From positions 1-64,000 of the forward strand of contig NW_021831990.1 of NCBI RefSeq assembly GCF_006345805.1: a stretch of DNA of 64,000 nucleotides, written 5' to 3'. The position numbers and the translations under genes were made by a program. This DNA is from Octopus sinensis. Taxonomy: Eukaryota. A model generated the notes under the pieces. It saw nothing but the letters and a program-made list of their open reading frames with translations, was not told the origin of the DNA and did no database searches. Below, piece after piece: positions 51,030 to 64,000 of this stretch. Numbering within the stretch: the stretch's first letter is position 1; every line of letters starts with the position of its first letter.

Positions 51030-52900
51030 GGTCTGTTTTTAATGAATTCTTGAACGTATTATTTTTAATATTTGCGTGTGTTATTCTAATGTGGTAGTGG
51101 ATATGTCATTTGTTGTGGATGCGTCCAAAAGAGGTCTGTATTTAGTGATAAAGAGAGACTCTTTACTAATTCGTTGGCGAAAGGTTGTATCGTCCCTGAA
51201 TTGATAGAGGGGTAAAATTCTGAAGCTTGGATTTTTGCTATTGGCGCAAATGTCGATGTGTTGGCTGAAGGCTATTTTTCTGTCTTTTTTTTTATTATTT
51301 TGATTTGGGATCTGTGCAGAGCGATCCTTTGACGCATACTGTTTTGTTTGGTCTATATATTGCTCTTGACACCCAGAGCAGGTTAGTGCGTATATCAGGT
51401 TCTCCGACGCACATGTGAAGCTAATTTTCACTGTGAAACGTTGTTCCTGTTCGAAGGAGAACTCTGATCCCTCAATTAAACTGATGCATATCCCACAGTT
51501 GGGTCTTCCGCATTTTTTTACTGACGCCTTCAGTGTTGTTGTTGAGCGTATTTGGACTTGTGTTAGGAGGTTTTCATAGATTTGGGCTGTCTCTGACTTT
51601 TTATGATAGTGTGTGTTTGGAGGATTAAATTCATTCTGTGGTCCTTTGTTTAGCAGGGGAATGTTTTGAAGGATGGTGTCGAAGGCTTTATTGTTAAGAG
51701 GGTTGTGTGTGAAGATGTATGGTAGGGCTTTTGGTTGTGAATCCTTCTTTAATTTGAGATGCCTGAGTTCGTGGACGTTGAGTTGTAGGGCCTGTTGAAA
51801 GCATAAGTCAATTAATGAAGATAAGTAGTTCCTGGTGATGGGTATATCCTTTAATTCATGTAGTCGTGTGTCCCTGGTGCTTGCATTAGAAACTGTAGTA
51901 CATATCCTTTTTGCTAGGTTGGAGATATTCATTCTGGTGTGTCTGGGATGGCATGAATTGAATGGTAGATATTGCTTGGAACCCGTGGGCTTATAGAATA
52001 TATCTGTTTCTATTACGTTGTTAGATTTCTTAATGAGGATGTCGAGGAAGGGAAGATGTTGATGGCTATATTCCATCGTGAATTGAATGTTTACGTCAAG
52101 TCCATTTATAAGTGCTTGAAATTCTTTAAGTCTCTCTATACTTTCATGCCAAAGAATGAAACAGTCATCCAGGTATCTCTTCCAGTTATTTTCTATGTAG
52201 AAGGAGAATGGGCTGCCGTACTTTTCAAGAATCTTACGATAAAGACTAATTTCTAGATGTCCCATGACTAGGTTAGCAAAGGAGGGGACCATTCTCCAAC
52301 CCATCGCAGTCAACGATTTTTGTCGATAGAAGTTGTCATTGAAGACGAAGTCGTTATTCTCCAAGATAAATTTTAGCCCTTCTATCGCGAATTTTTTTTA
52401 TGCGATATAGGAGTTCGTTGGCGTGATTCTCTAGCCAGAATTGAATTGCCTCTATTCCTAGGTTGTGGGGGATATTGGAATAGTGGTTGACTACATCGAA
52501 GGATACTTGTAGGGTGTTTTTGTTTATTGTTTATTGTTTCAGAAGGTGATTGAGCATATCCAGGTCGTCTCTTGTGTAGCTTTTGACATGCTTGAGGAAT
52601 GGTTTTAAGAGGATATCTATAACGTTACGGAGGCGGTGAGTTTCGCATGCGGGACCTGCTTATTATAGGTCTCAATTTGAAGTCATTAGGAGTAGGGACT
52701 TTGATTATTTTGTCTGTGGCTATCCTGCATGCGTTACTTATTTTCTCACTTTTGTGTATCTTGAGAATACCGTAGAATTGGCTGGTTTTACTTTTGAAAT
52801 TGGTCATATAGTCATATTCTTTGTCAGTGAGCCCTTCCCTGTATAGGTTTAACATAGTTATTAAGTGTCTCATAATTTTCTGCTGACTGTAGTGTTAGGC
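51030..52900 (-). mobile_element. Penelope-like element (RT plus GIY-YIG), decayed; zinc-finger linker suggests the Neptune group
   Basis: FYGILKIHK..LRPII; YSNIPH; YRQ..TAMG..PSFANLVM; RYLDDCF; LPFLDI; YKPT..YLPFNSCHP; CGRPNCGIC; LIYALTCSGCQEQYIxQT. Confidence 0.9.
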
Positions 52901-52999
52901 CTTTTCATAATATGCTGTGTCTTCTAATATGGATATTACTAGAGTTATATAATATACCGTATCCATTAAGACAACTGCACTCTCTTATTTAGCCTCTTT

Positions 53000-53526
53000 G
53001 ATTATTATTGTTTTGTCATCTTTTAATCGCAGATGCATGTGCAGCTGTGATGGAAAACTGCCGAAACACCATCCGTGAGTTATCAGAGGATGTACATATT
53101 AGTTACAGTTCAGTTCAGTCCATTATCACTGAAGGTTTGGGTGTGAGACGCGCGTCTGGCAAGTTTATGTCAAAAGTGCTTTCAGCTGAACAAAAAGACT
53201 CTCGGGTTCCAGTTGCGCAAGATCTCCTTGTTTGTGTCGAGAACGAAGAAAACTTTTTGAGAACTTTGTATAGGCCTCTGAGCAGGTATCGCCAAGCTTT
53301 TGGCAAAATTTGATGCAGATTCTCTGTCATGGTCAATGCGACGATCACACGCTACACACCTTCCTTCAAAGCATTGCTGTAAATGACAGAAGTGAGCTAG
53401 AACGTTAAAACTTATTGAGCATGCACAGCAGAGTTTCAGGTCAACCTGTACCAAGCGGCCTTACTCTATGTGCTTTAACTTCGTAACTATGGCAGCTGTC
53501 CGGATACTTATTGATCAGACCATGTA
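53000..53526 (+). mobile_element. Mariner remnant with 3' TIR
   Basis: TIRELSEDVHISYSSVQSIITEGLGVRRASGKFMSKVLSAEQK; GTCCGGATACTTATTGATCAGACC terminus. Confidence 0.8.
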
Positions 53527-54872
53527 TGAAGATAGCCATGTAATGTTTGTCTTTAAGTAAGGCTAAGAATGCTTTGACACATGGACGTTCAGTTGTGTGT
53601 GTGTGTGTATGTGTAAATATAGTAACCTTTTATCTTAAGTGTGTCTATGTGAATATGTATATGTGTGGTTATATGTTACTGTACTGGTAAAGCGTATGAG
53701 CTCGTGTATATGATTATGGAAGGGATTGTGTGTGTGTGAGTGTGTGTGTGTGTGTGGTTATGCATGAGTATGCGTATGTATATATTGATATGTACTCCGA
53801 TCAGTGTGCGTTTGCATACATGAGCTTATAGGTATGAACACATTGTGCGTGTATGTGTGTGTGCGCCTGTGTGGTGTGAGTGTGTGTGTGTTTGTGTGCT
53901 TGTGTGTGTCTGTGTGCGTGCGTGTGCGTGTGTCCTTCTGTACAATTGCATTTTTTAAAACATAAATGGCGTGTCTGTTTGACCTAAAACAAAATAGATA
54001 AATAAACAAATACGCGTTTGAATTTCGATGAAACTTTAATTAAAGGGAGACGTGAATAAGAATAAAGATTGGCGGTGGGAGGAGCGGGCAGAAAAATTAG
54101 CGAAAAGTGTCTTACAATGTGAGAAAGCGTGGAGAGAGAGAGAGAGGGAGGGAAGGAAGGAGAGAAAATTACAGAGAGACAACAAACGACAGAAAGAGAA
54201 CGAGCGAGGAAGATGGCGAGACTAGGAAGAGGAGGGAATTTTACAATAAATCTTATTATGCTGAAAGCAACTTGAACACTTTTGCCACTTTCACTTTCAC
54301 TTTTAAATAGGCTTAAATTCTGAAGAATTGTAAATAATTCCCACAGTCCCAAGAGCCTTTAAATACTAAAATCGCCCGTCCACAGTTACATGCAATCTGC
54401 TGCCATCTTTCGAAAGCGTCTTAGAAACATTTCATCGTTTTCATCGTTTTACCAAACACGCATCTGCCAACAGCAGCACACACGAAATAACGTAGAATAA
54501 AACGCAATCACACACTTACATTTTAATAAATCATAGAAATGTTTGGTTTTAATCAAACCTTTCAGTAGAGAAACTGGAAAATATTCTGTAAGAAGCAGTG
54601 AATTGAGGATTACACTGTAAGATTTTAATATCGATTTCTTCCTCAAGAACAATGGTGAATTTTCTTTTCTTTTTTTTTCTTGTAGAGTGGAGGGATGGGT
54701 TTAGTTGACGAGATCGATCGACGATCTGCACACATACTCACACGCACACACACTTACATACTTATATGCATATGTGTGTATACATTACACAAGCATACAA
54801 GTACATGCGGATGTACGCACATATATATCTATATGTATGTATATATATATGTGTGTGTGTGTGTGTGTGCGT

Positions 54873-54942
<70 letters not shown>

Positions 54943-54986
54943 ATATATATATACATTTTTATGTGGATATGATATATATTAATATA

Positions 54987-55547
54987 TAGGGTTGGCAACT
55001 AAGTTCCCGCCGGTTTTGGTTTTTTTTTATTTTGGAAATTATTGCGTTTTCAAATTTTGGAATCCATTTTTTTCTAGAATTCTATTTTTGAATCATTTTG
55101 GAATCTATTTTGTTTCTTGGGGGTTTTTTTAATTAATTTTAGTTAATTTTTGTTTATTTTCAGATCATTAAAATGGAATGTCAAGTTAAGAACAACGGGC
55201 ATTTTCAACACCTTCTTTTTGCTTTTGATCAAGGTTCTAAGGCCGCAAAAGCTGCTCGCGACATTTGTGCTGTGTAGGGAGAGGGTGCCATAGCTGAAAG
55301 AACCGCTCTTGATTGGTATGCCAAGTTCAAAAATGGAAATTTTGACCTCAAAGACGCACCTAGTTCTGGCCGTCCAGTTGGGTTCGATGAAGAGCGATTA
55401 AACCAACTTTTGCACGCACGAAAATTCTCGTCAAACGACAAGGTAACTGGCAGAGAAAACGGAATGCTCCCACACTGCTATAGAGAAGTATCTTCACTCG
55501 ATGGAAAAGGTTCAGAAGTATGGAGCATGGGTTCCGCATGCTTTAAG
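54987..55547 (+). mobile_element. Mariner 5' fragment (TIR plus transposase N-terminus)
   Basis: TA-GGGTTGGCAACTAAG TIR; MECQVKNN..KAAKAARDICAV..WYAKFKNGNFDLKDAPSSGRP..KVQKYGAWVPHAL (WVPHxL motif). Confidence 0.9.
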
Positions 55548-56345
55548 TGATCGATCCTTCGCAAGACTCCGCAACCGACCCCGAGAGGCACGGCAGACCG
55601 GCAAGAAAGTCCTCGAGGACTCACCTACCATCAGGACCGCCATCACCTCCGAACAGATGGGCGAAGTACTCCCGAAAAGCGTCACACATTTCCTCGGGTT
55701 CATTTACCAAGACACCATTTTGATTCGTCAAAGACTGAATGGTGGAACTATTTCCTTGTGGAGCTTCCACCACTCGGGCCTATCCAGCGGCCTTGATTCC
55801 TTCACTTCCCATTGCACGTAACTTAGCTCTGGTAATACTTCCCATGTGTTGGGCTTCAAGATGCTGGTTCAATTCCAGTCTCTTCACCTTCACTTGGTCC
55901 GCATTACCAGTCCTCCAGGCTTCTAGTTCCTTAACTAGACCATCTCCTATTCTACGTCCCTTCTTAGCTAAACATGCTAAACCTAATAGACTCATATTTT
56001 ACGGATCTTTTTAGGGCGAACCACCATTTTTTATTAATGATGGTACCTATCAATGCCCTCTGTATTAACATCTCGATCCGCTTTCTGTACTCCTCAATCG
56101 CCAAAAGGGACGTATTGTGTTTCCAGTAGCTATATCCTTATCTATGCAACTTATCTACTGTCAGCTTACAGGTAACCATCTTGTGGTCACTGTAGCTGAC
56201 TAGATAAAAGTGTGGGCACTTAGCTATATACTTATCTGTTTCTTCTAATTAAAACCCTATCCAGACATGTTCTGGAAGTCCCGTAACTATTTGACCACGT
56301 CCACTTTGTAGTGTTAGGGTGTTCTAACCTATTTGGATCTTCCAT
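55548..56345 (-). mobile_element. Divergent Tx1 ORF2 fragment (APE C-terminus to pre-RT region)
   Basis: WTWSNSYGTSRTCLDRVLI..SYSDHKMVTC..YWKHN; EPEEMCDAFREYFAHLFG, homologous to 40.7-41.5 kb. Confidence 0.82.
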
Positions 56346-56916
56346 TAATAACCCATTCTGGTTATAAACACAAAGCCTGAAATTTGAGTGGGAAGGGGGA
56401 GGTCGATTGCCTTAACCTCAGTGCTCAACTGCTACTCATTATATCGACATCGAAAGGATGAAAAGCAAATTCTACCACGACGGAATTTGAACTCAGAGAG
56501 TAAAACCAGAAGAAGTATTCTGTCTGACCTGCTAACGATTCTGCCAGCTCGCCGCCTTAATGAAAATTATAATGATGGTTTCAAATTTTGGCACAAGGCC
56601 AGCAATTTTAAGAAGGATGTTAAGTCGATTACTTCGACCCCAGTACTCAACTGGTACTTACTTTACCAACCCGGAAATGATACAAAGTCAAAATCGACCT
56701 AGGCAGAATTTGAACTCAGAACGTAAAGGGGGGAACGAAATGCTGCTGGGCGTTTTTCCCGGTACGGTAAGAATTCTGCCAAATCGATGCCTTCTTCCTT
56801 CCCTTTCCTAATACAGGACTGTATATGCAGTCTGACAGGTTACTTCGGGAGAAATAGCCACATAGCTAAGTAACCGAACACAAAAACACAAAAACAAGGT
56901 ATGACTATGTGATCAT

Positions 56917-57144
56917 AGGGCGGCGAGCTGGCAGAATCGTTAGCACGCCGGGCGAAATACGTAGCCGTATTTCGTCTGCCGTTACGTTCTGAGTTCAAAA
57001 TCCGCCGAGGTCGACTTTGCCTTTCATCCTTTCAGGGTCGATTAAATAAGTACCAGTTACGCGCTGGGGTCGATATAATCGACTTAATCCGTTTATCTGT
57101 CCTTATTTATCCTCTCTGTGTTTAACCCCTTGTGTAAAGAAATA
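56917..57144 (+). mobile_element. SINE A monomer (A1) with TSD (G)GTATGACTATGTGATCA
   Basis: TSD at 56898-56915 and 57146-57162. Confidence 0.92.
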
Positions 57145-57613
57145 TGTATGACTATGTGATCAACCGTCCTTTCAAGCAACGATTGGCAATTGATGTGATT
57201 TAAATTATGAAAAAAAATGTGAATATGGAAAATATAAATCAACAATATCGATTCACATGAAAGGAAACACGTAACTGTTACTAGATTTAACATGATAAAC
57301 AGATTTCAAACTGTTATCACCTGATGTTATGAAAGCAACTAAATTATAAACATAAATGCAGGTATGGCTAAGTGGTTAAGAAGTTTATTTCCCGACAACG
57401 AGATTTCAAGTATCGAAGTAACTTCATGAATGTTTTTTTTTTTTTTCCGGCAGCCGGACAACGGCCGCCTGAAGGCCGTGTCCGACTCGCTACCTACTTA
57501 CCGTCTTCAATAAAATAAATTCTTTTGTTTGAGTCATTTGACTGCTGCCGTGCTGAAGCACCGCCTTAAATGGTTTTTGTAGAAGAAATACACACCCACT
57601 CACACACACACAC

Positions 57614-57644
<31 letters not shown>

Positions 57645-57948
57645 TCTTTTGTTTCTTCCTTCTCAAGCCATGCCTGGCTCATAAGGGCCGGTTTCCCGGT
57701 TTCCTTGGCGTGTAGGTTCCCCACCTGGATGGGATGCCGGTTCGTCGCAGGTGAGCTGCAAGATGCAGGAGGAAAGAGTGAGAGAAAGTTGTGGCGAAAG
57801 AGTCAGCAGAAGTTCGCCATTACCTTCTGCCGGAGCCGCGTGGAGCATGGGTGTTTCGCTCATAAACACAAACATCGCCCGGTCTGAGATACGAACCCGC
57901 GATCCCCAGACCGCGTGTCCGCTGCTCTAACCACTAGGCCATGTGCTT
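57645..57948 (-). mobile_element. SINE family C2
   Basis: Reverse complement of 8298-8570. Confidence 0.85.
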
Positions 57949-57949
57949 C

Positions 57950-57986
<37 letters not shown>

Positions 57987-58387
57987 GTGTGTGTATGTGT
58001 GTGTGTGTATTTGAAAGAAGAAAAGAAAATGGAGATTAGGAAGTTAATAATTGTTTAGTATTATCAACAAATTGGTCATCTTCACTTACAACCGTTTCAA
58101 TTATACTCAATCAACATTAAATTTACATTTATATGACATGAGCACAATATCATCAGAGAAAAGAAGATGTGCATTTGGATGTTATATGTATGTTTATGAA
58201 TTCATTTTAGTAAACTGATGATATTATCCTCATGTCACATAAATGTAAATTTAATGTTTATTGAGTATGAATAGAAACGGCTGTAAGTGAAGATAAGCAA
58301 TCTGTTGTTAAAGAAACAATTATTAACTTCCTAATTTCCATTTCTTTTCTTCTTTTTAAATGAATATAAAATATATCTTTTATTTAT

Positions 58388-58468
<81 letters not shown>

Positions 58469-58561
58469 CTATTATTTTATGGAAATTCATTCCCTCAAAA
58501 TACTAGGTATTGAACAAGTATTTGCCTGGATGAAACCATCCCTTCATGAGGTTTACACATG

Positions 58562-58608
<47 letters not shown>

Positions 58609-58634
58609 TGCGCGTATCAAAAATTATATATATA

Positions 58635-58867
58635 TTTCTTTATTGCGCACAAGTGGCTAAACATAGAGGGGACAAACAAGGACAGACAACCGGATTAAGT
58701 CTATTACATCGACCCCAGTGCGTAACTGGTACTTAATTTATCGACCCCGAAAGGATGAAAGGCAAAGTCGACCTCGGCGGAATTTGAACTCAGAACGTAG
58801 CGGCAGACGAAACATGGTTACGCATTTCACCCGGCATGCTAACGTTTCTGCCAGCTCGCCGCCTTAT
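58635..58867 (-). mobile_element. SINE A monomer (A1) with TSD ATCAAAAATTATATA
   Basis: Consensus match and flank duplication. Confidence 0.88.
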
Positions 58868-59668
58868 CAAAAAATTATATATAATTAATACTACAAACGG
58901 CATTCAGTTATAATGGAAAAAAGTATTATCACATGATTTTTCATATTCGGTTTTTCTTTTTCAAATTTGTTGTTTAATAAGACTTACCTGTCTAGTATGG
59001 GGGCTGGCCATAAGAAGGAAATCGTCACGTACTCGGGAGGAATCCGTCACGCTCTCCAAGATACCAGTGAATAATATTGAATGGATCTTTAAAAAAAAAA
59101 CTGAAGACTCAAAAAATTATGATTGCTATAATTAAGAAGTAATGATAATATAATACAATACATTATTTCTTACAACTCTTAGTCCACATATACTGGTTAA
59201 CCTTTAGAAATAATTCTTTTTTCTCTTCGTTTTTGTTTTAATTTTCCTCTTTTAATCTTTCATTTAATTTCGTTACTTCTCTGCTTCTCTCTATGTTTAA
59301 TCACCGCACTCTATATTTATACCCATTAGCTTATCTATATCTATTTCCCTCCTTATCTATCTACATATCTATCGATATGTGTAAGTCAATATTTCCATTC
59401 ATTTCATTTATTTACATCAACCGATTTAAAAACATGTTTTTTAAGTGTTTCTATCAGACTGGTGTAAACATCCGTAAACGAAAAGGTTAAACTTCGCTTC
59501 AATAAATTTCGTTTCGATTTCTGGTTAAACAATTTTATCCATTTCCCATCACTAATGTGGTTGACGCTATTTGTGTTTATCGTAATACCAGCACCAAAGA
59601 ACTGTCTAACTACAGTTCAAAGATAAAACAAATACGGACTGTATCGAATCATAGGTTCTAATAGAGTC

Positions 59669-60087
59669 GGTGTATCTTTTCGGTTTGAACGGCAGTTTTT
59701 TCTAGCGGTGTCATATGAAATTGTCACCCATAATTATGACCCTAGTATCGATCTATTGCATTTCAATCTGCTTTAGGGTTAGGGTTAGGGGTGGGGGAAG
59801 GGTATCTTTTTTTCTTCACAAATTTAAATAAACCCAATCTGTTTCTTAAACGAGGGACATATTCATACGGCACAGAATGTTATTTACCTCAATGGACGTC
59901 AGTGATTGGTTGAAATTGCAGAAATTGAAGAAAAAAAACAACAAATATCTTACAAACTATAGAATTTTCTCAATAAAGCCAAGAGAAAAAGATGTTTTAT
60001 AAACACATTCTACCAGTATACGAAGTTTAAAATTTTTTAGTTACCTAGAAATTATGTTAAAAACTGCCGTTCAAACCGGAAAGATCC
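59669..60087. mobile_element. MITE with ~27-bp TIRs and internal (TTAGGG)3
   Basis: ATCTTTTCGGTTTGAACGGCAGTTTTT versus AAAAACTGCCGTTCAAACCGGAAAGAT; GAGTC on both flanks; TTAGGG x3 at 59773-59790. Confidence 0.82.
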
Positions 60088-60407
60088 GAGTCGGTTACCC
60101 GTTTTCCATAGCGTATAAGTGGTAGAGATCACAGCATAACCCCAAAACAGGACTCCACCACGTTGGAGGTTTACTCTTTTACAGCTAAATGGTGGCCTGG
60201 AATAAAGTGAAATAGTGATTTGCTAAATAACACAACCCACTGCCCAATCAAAGAACAATTTTGCAATCGTGATTGTACCACACTAACCACTGGGTCATAC
60301 TCCTTCAAATTTCAAAGAATACCTAAAGAATAATTATCAAGAATGGTATTACCATAATCCTTACCCAACCTAATCCTAAGTCTCCGTCCACTAGACACAA
60401 ATAATCC

Positions 60408-60978
60408 TTTCTACTGGAAGCACAAGGCTTCAATTTTGGAGGAAGGTATTAAGTTGATTACATTGACCCCAGTGCGTAAGTGGTACTTATTTAATCGACC
60501 CCGGAAGGATGAAAGGCAAAGTCGACCTCGGCGGAATTTGAACTCGGAACGTAGCGGCAGACGAAATACCTATTACTTTACTACCCACAAGGGGTTAAAC
60601 ACAGAGAGGACAAACAAGGGCAGACAAATGGATTAAGTCGATTATATCCACCCCAGTGCATAACTGGTACTTATTTAATCGACCCCGATAGGATGAAAGA
60701 CAAAGTCGACCTCGGCAGAATTTGAACTCAGAACGTAGCGGCAGACGAAATACCTATTTCTTTACTACCCACAAGTGGCTAAACACAGAGAGAACAAACA
60801 AGGACAGACAAAGTTTTTAAGTCGATTATATCGACCCCTGTGCATAACTGGTACTTAATTTACCGACCATGGAAGGCAAAGTCGACCTCGGCGGAATTTG
60901 AACTCAGAGCGTAACGGCAGACGAAATACTGCTAAGCATTTCGCCCGGCGTGCTAACGTGTCTGCCAGCTCGCTGCCT
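60408..60978 (-). mobile_element. SINE A trimer (A1, A1, A2) bounded by a single TSD CACTAGACACAA(A/C)TAAT
   Basis: Junctions at ~60570 and ~60752. Confidence 0.88.
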
Positions 60979-62162
60979 TCACTAGACACAACTAATATCG
61001 GTGCAACACTTGATTTAACTGGGCCCCTGTTTTAGTCGATCCTACTTTACTAATCCCAGAAGAATAAAAGTCGAAGTCTACTGATGCTTCATCGATTTCG
61101 CTTAACCAGTTGCCTAATGTTGCTTTCAAATTCTTGGCACAAGACAGCAAGTTCGGTGGAGGGGATGAATCGTTTACATCGACCCCAGTACTGAATTGGT
61201 ACTTATTTTATCGACACTTGACCTTGTAGTAATAACGACTCTAATAGCTCGCGGCCTTCTCCTGCTATTAATAATTGGTTTCATATTTTGGCACAAGGCC
61301 AGTAAGTTCGGTGATAAATCGATTACATCGACCCAAGTGTTCAGGTGGTGCTTATTTTATCAAGCCCGAAGGGATTAAATGCAAAGTCGACCACGGCGGA
61401 ATTTGAACTCAGAACGTATAGACAGACGAAATGCCGCGCTACGCATTTTACCCGGCGTGCTCACGATTCTGCCAGCTCGCCGCCTTCTCTCCTATAATTA
61501 ATAATAAATGATTTTGAATGTATTTTGTCTTTGAAATTAATCCCTTATAATATGACCAAAAAGAAAAATGATAAAATATCGACCTAAAAATGTCAATATT
61601 TAATTCCCTTTCTAAATTATAAGTTCAATCCCCGCAGGAATCCACTTTGCTTTCCGTTCTTCACAAAAATCAATAGAACTAAGCGTCCTCAAGAAATAAC
61701 ATCGATTTCAATCAACTCTGTCCTTCTCTGAGAAAAAAAAAACCTTAGCGCATTCTACTGATACCAGAAATCCTTATTACTGAAAATCTCTTGGATTGAG
61801 ATGGGAAGTGAGCGGCAGGGTTATAAAAAGGTTCTCGTTCCCTAGTTGAGTGCGATTTAGTTGACGTTTTCGTCCTGCAATATCCTTTCATATCTGTAAT
61901 AAATCATAGGACTTAAGCCTGTCGGTGAAACTTTCACCTCTGATGAAAGCGCATGGCTTAGTGGTTAGTATATACGGCTCGCGGTTGTGAGGCTGTGAGC
62001 TTTACTTCCGGCGGTGCATTTTGTTCTTGAGCAAGACATTTTATTTCACACTTCTCCAGTCTATTCAGCTGGCAAAAATGAGTTGTACCTGTAATTCAAA
62101 GTGCCAGCCTTGTCACACTCTGTGTCACACTGAATCTCCCTGAGAACTGCGTTAAAGACACT

Positions 62163-62997
62163 GTTTCTTTATTAGCCACAAGGGCCCAAAATCGAGGGGG
62201 ACAAACAAGGACAGACAGGACACTACAGAGGGGACAATACATAAAACGAATATGACTGAGATGATTATATAACAATGAGGTTATGAATGGCTGCATGCGC
62301 CCCTCATCACAAGCAGTACCTATTTCTTTACTACCCACAAGGGGCTAAACATAGAGGGGATAAACATGGACAGACAAACGGATTAAGTCGATTATATCAA
62401 CCCCAGTGCGTAACTGGTACTTAATTTATCGTCCCCGAAAGGATGAAAGGCAAAGTCGACCTCAGCGGAATTTGAACTCACAACGTAACGGCAGCCGAAA
62501 TACCGCTAAGCATTTCGCCCGCCGTGCTAACGATTCTACCAGCTCGCCGCCTTCCTCATCACAAGCAGTACCATTAATCTGTTTCTTTTACAGTCCATTT
62601 TTATCATGTATTTACGTAACAATTAATTATCATATTACATACCATTGCAAGTATTTGAACCGTTATATACATTCTCTACAATTGTTCTATTTTTCAATAT
62701 TTTTTTAAACATAACATAAAACACTTTACTCTTTCTTTTTTCCTCTTTTCTCCTTTTTCTTTTTTTCCTGTCAATTTAACATACTTATTTTCTTTTTACT
62801 AGTCCTTCATCAATGGTTCAATTCCTACTAAATCCACTACTGGTGGCAATTCTTTGAATTCCACCCTTTCTCCTGGTGGGTCAATACTATCTCCACACAT
62901 TTCTTCCAGTTTCTTGTAATTTTCCTTTTCGATCACTATCGCCTTCATATCCTCTGCATATATGCATGATGGTACTTTCACTCTTACTATTTGATTA
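62163..62997 (-). mobile_element. Unclassified retroelement 3' end (short ORF remnant plus ~600-nt 3'UTR) with a SINE A/Tx1-type tail; carries a nested SINE A (62321-62553)
   Basis: Ends TGTCTGTCCTTGTTTGTCCCCTC..CCCTTGTGGCTAATAAAGAAAC; nested SINE TSD CCTCATCACAAGCAGTACC. Confidence 0.6.
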
Positions 62998-63409
62998 AAT
63001 TTCTGCTGACTGACTCTTTCGCCACAACTTTCTCTCACTCTTTCCTCCTGCATCTGGCAGCTCACCTGTGACGGACCGGCGATCCCGTCCAGATAGAGAA
63101 CCTATACGCCAATGGAACTGGGAAAACGGCACCTTATGAGCCTGGGATGGCTCGAGAAGGAACAGACAATTAAATGGCGAGCAAACAGTATCGTTAGCAC
63201 GTTAGAAAATGCTGTGCGGCATTTTTTCCAGCTCTTTACTGACGAGGGCAACTTTGCTCCCCTTTACTCCAGGCCTACTTCAGACCTAAATGGTGATGAA
63301 AGGACTTTGACGAACCTAGCTAATCAATTGAATGACCTAATGATTAATCAAACAAAAACAATCGATTAGTTAACTGATTAAATGGTCAACCAATTAACAA
63401 ATGAAAATA

Positions 63410-63539
63410 AACCACATGGTTCCGGGTTCAGTCCCACTGCGTGGCACTTTGGGTAAGTGCCTTTCTACTATAGCCTCGGGCCGACCAAAGCCTTGTGAGT
63501 GGATTTAGTAGACGGAAACTGAAAGAAGCCCGTCGTATG

Positions 63540-63592
<53 letters not shown>

Positions 63593-63795
63593 AAGTGTGT
63601 GTATATGTTTGTGTATCTGTGTTTGTCCCCCTCAAAAATTGCTTACAACCGATGCTGGTGTGTTTACGTCCCCGTAACTTAGCAGTTCGGCAAAAGAGAC
63701 CGATAGAATAAATACTAGGCTTACAAAGAATAAGTCCTGGGGTCGATCTGCTCGACTAAAGGCGGTGCTCCAGCATGGCCACAGTCAAATGACTG
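63410..63795 (+). mobile_element. SINE family B, 5'-clipped
   Basis: Consensus match. Confidence 0.88.
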
Positions 63796-64000
63796 AAACA
63801 AGTAAAAGAGTATCTGAAATAGAACTAGTGTGTCTGTTTATTATTAGCATAATGACCGCTGTCCGAGATACAACAGATTATGTTTCAACACACGAGTTCA
63901 CATCAGGCATCTTGCAAACCAAGTGCAAGAACGAAAAGACAAATACCAGTAATATTATCGTGCTTATCAGTCAATTAGCTATGCGACTATTTCTGCTTAA

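Noticed and set aside
54200-54410. YY1-like motifs (AAGATGGCG, GCCATCTT) as a promoter
   Set aside because: Short motifs without a CpG island or a downstream ORF; not supportable from sequence alone
59773-59790. Telomere or chromosome-fusion site
   Set aside because: Only three repeats, internal to a TIR element

Overview
AT-rich, microsatellite-saturated eukaryotic DNA with no confidently identifiable host gene. The recurring SINE families and overall texture are most consistent with an octopod cephalopod (recognition only, not verified). Nearly all long ORF calls are microsatellite translations or decayed transposon ORFs. Transposon content: (i) a near full-length ~6.1 kb L1/Tx1-clade LINE (38.2-44.4 kb, minus strand) plus three partial relatives, of which the full-length copy and two fragments abut (GATA)n arrays; (ii) R4/Dong-clade fragments and a non-coding partner element in (TAA)n arrays; (iii) a Penelope-like RT/GIY-YIG element and many short (TA)n-flanked elements, several carrying hammerhead-ribozyme motifs, with an apparently intact one at 2415-2515; (iv) three abundant tRNA-like SINE families, here called A, B and C; (v) RTE, CR1/L2-group, Helitron, mariner and Tigger fossils and two MITEs. 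Main leads: GATA-specific Tx1 targeting; SINE A shares its 3' tail with Tx1-type elements, prefers GGTA target sites, carries that site internally and forms precise head-to-tail multimers; hammerhead-bearing mini-retroelements; and an apparent partitioning of microsatellite motifs among different retroelement machineries. Coordinates of degenerate repeats are approximate.
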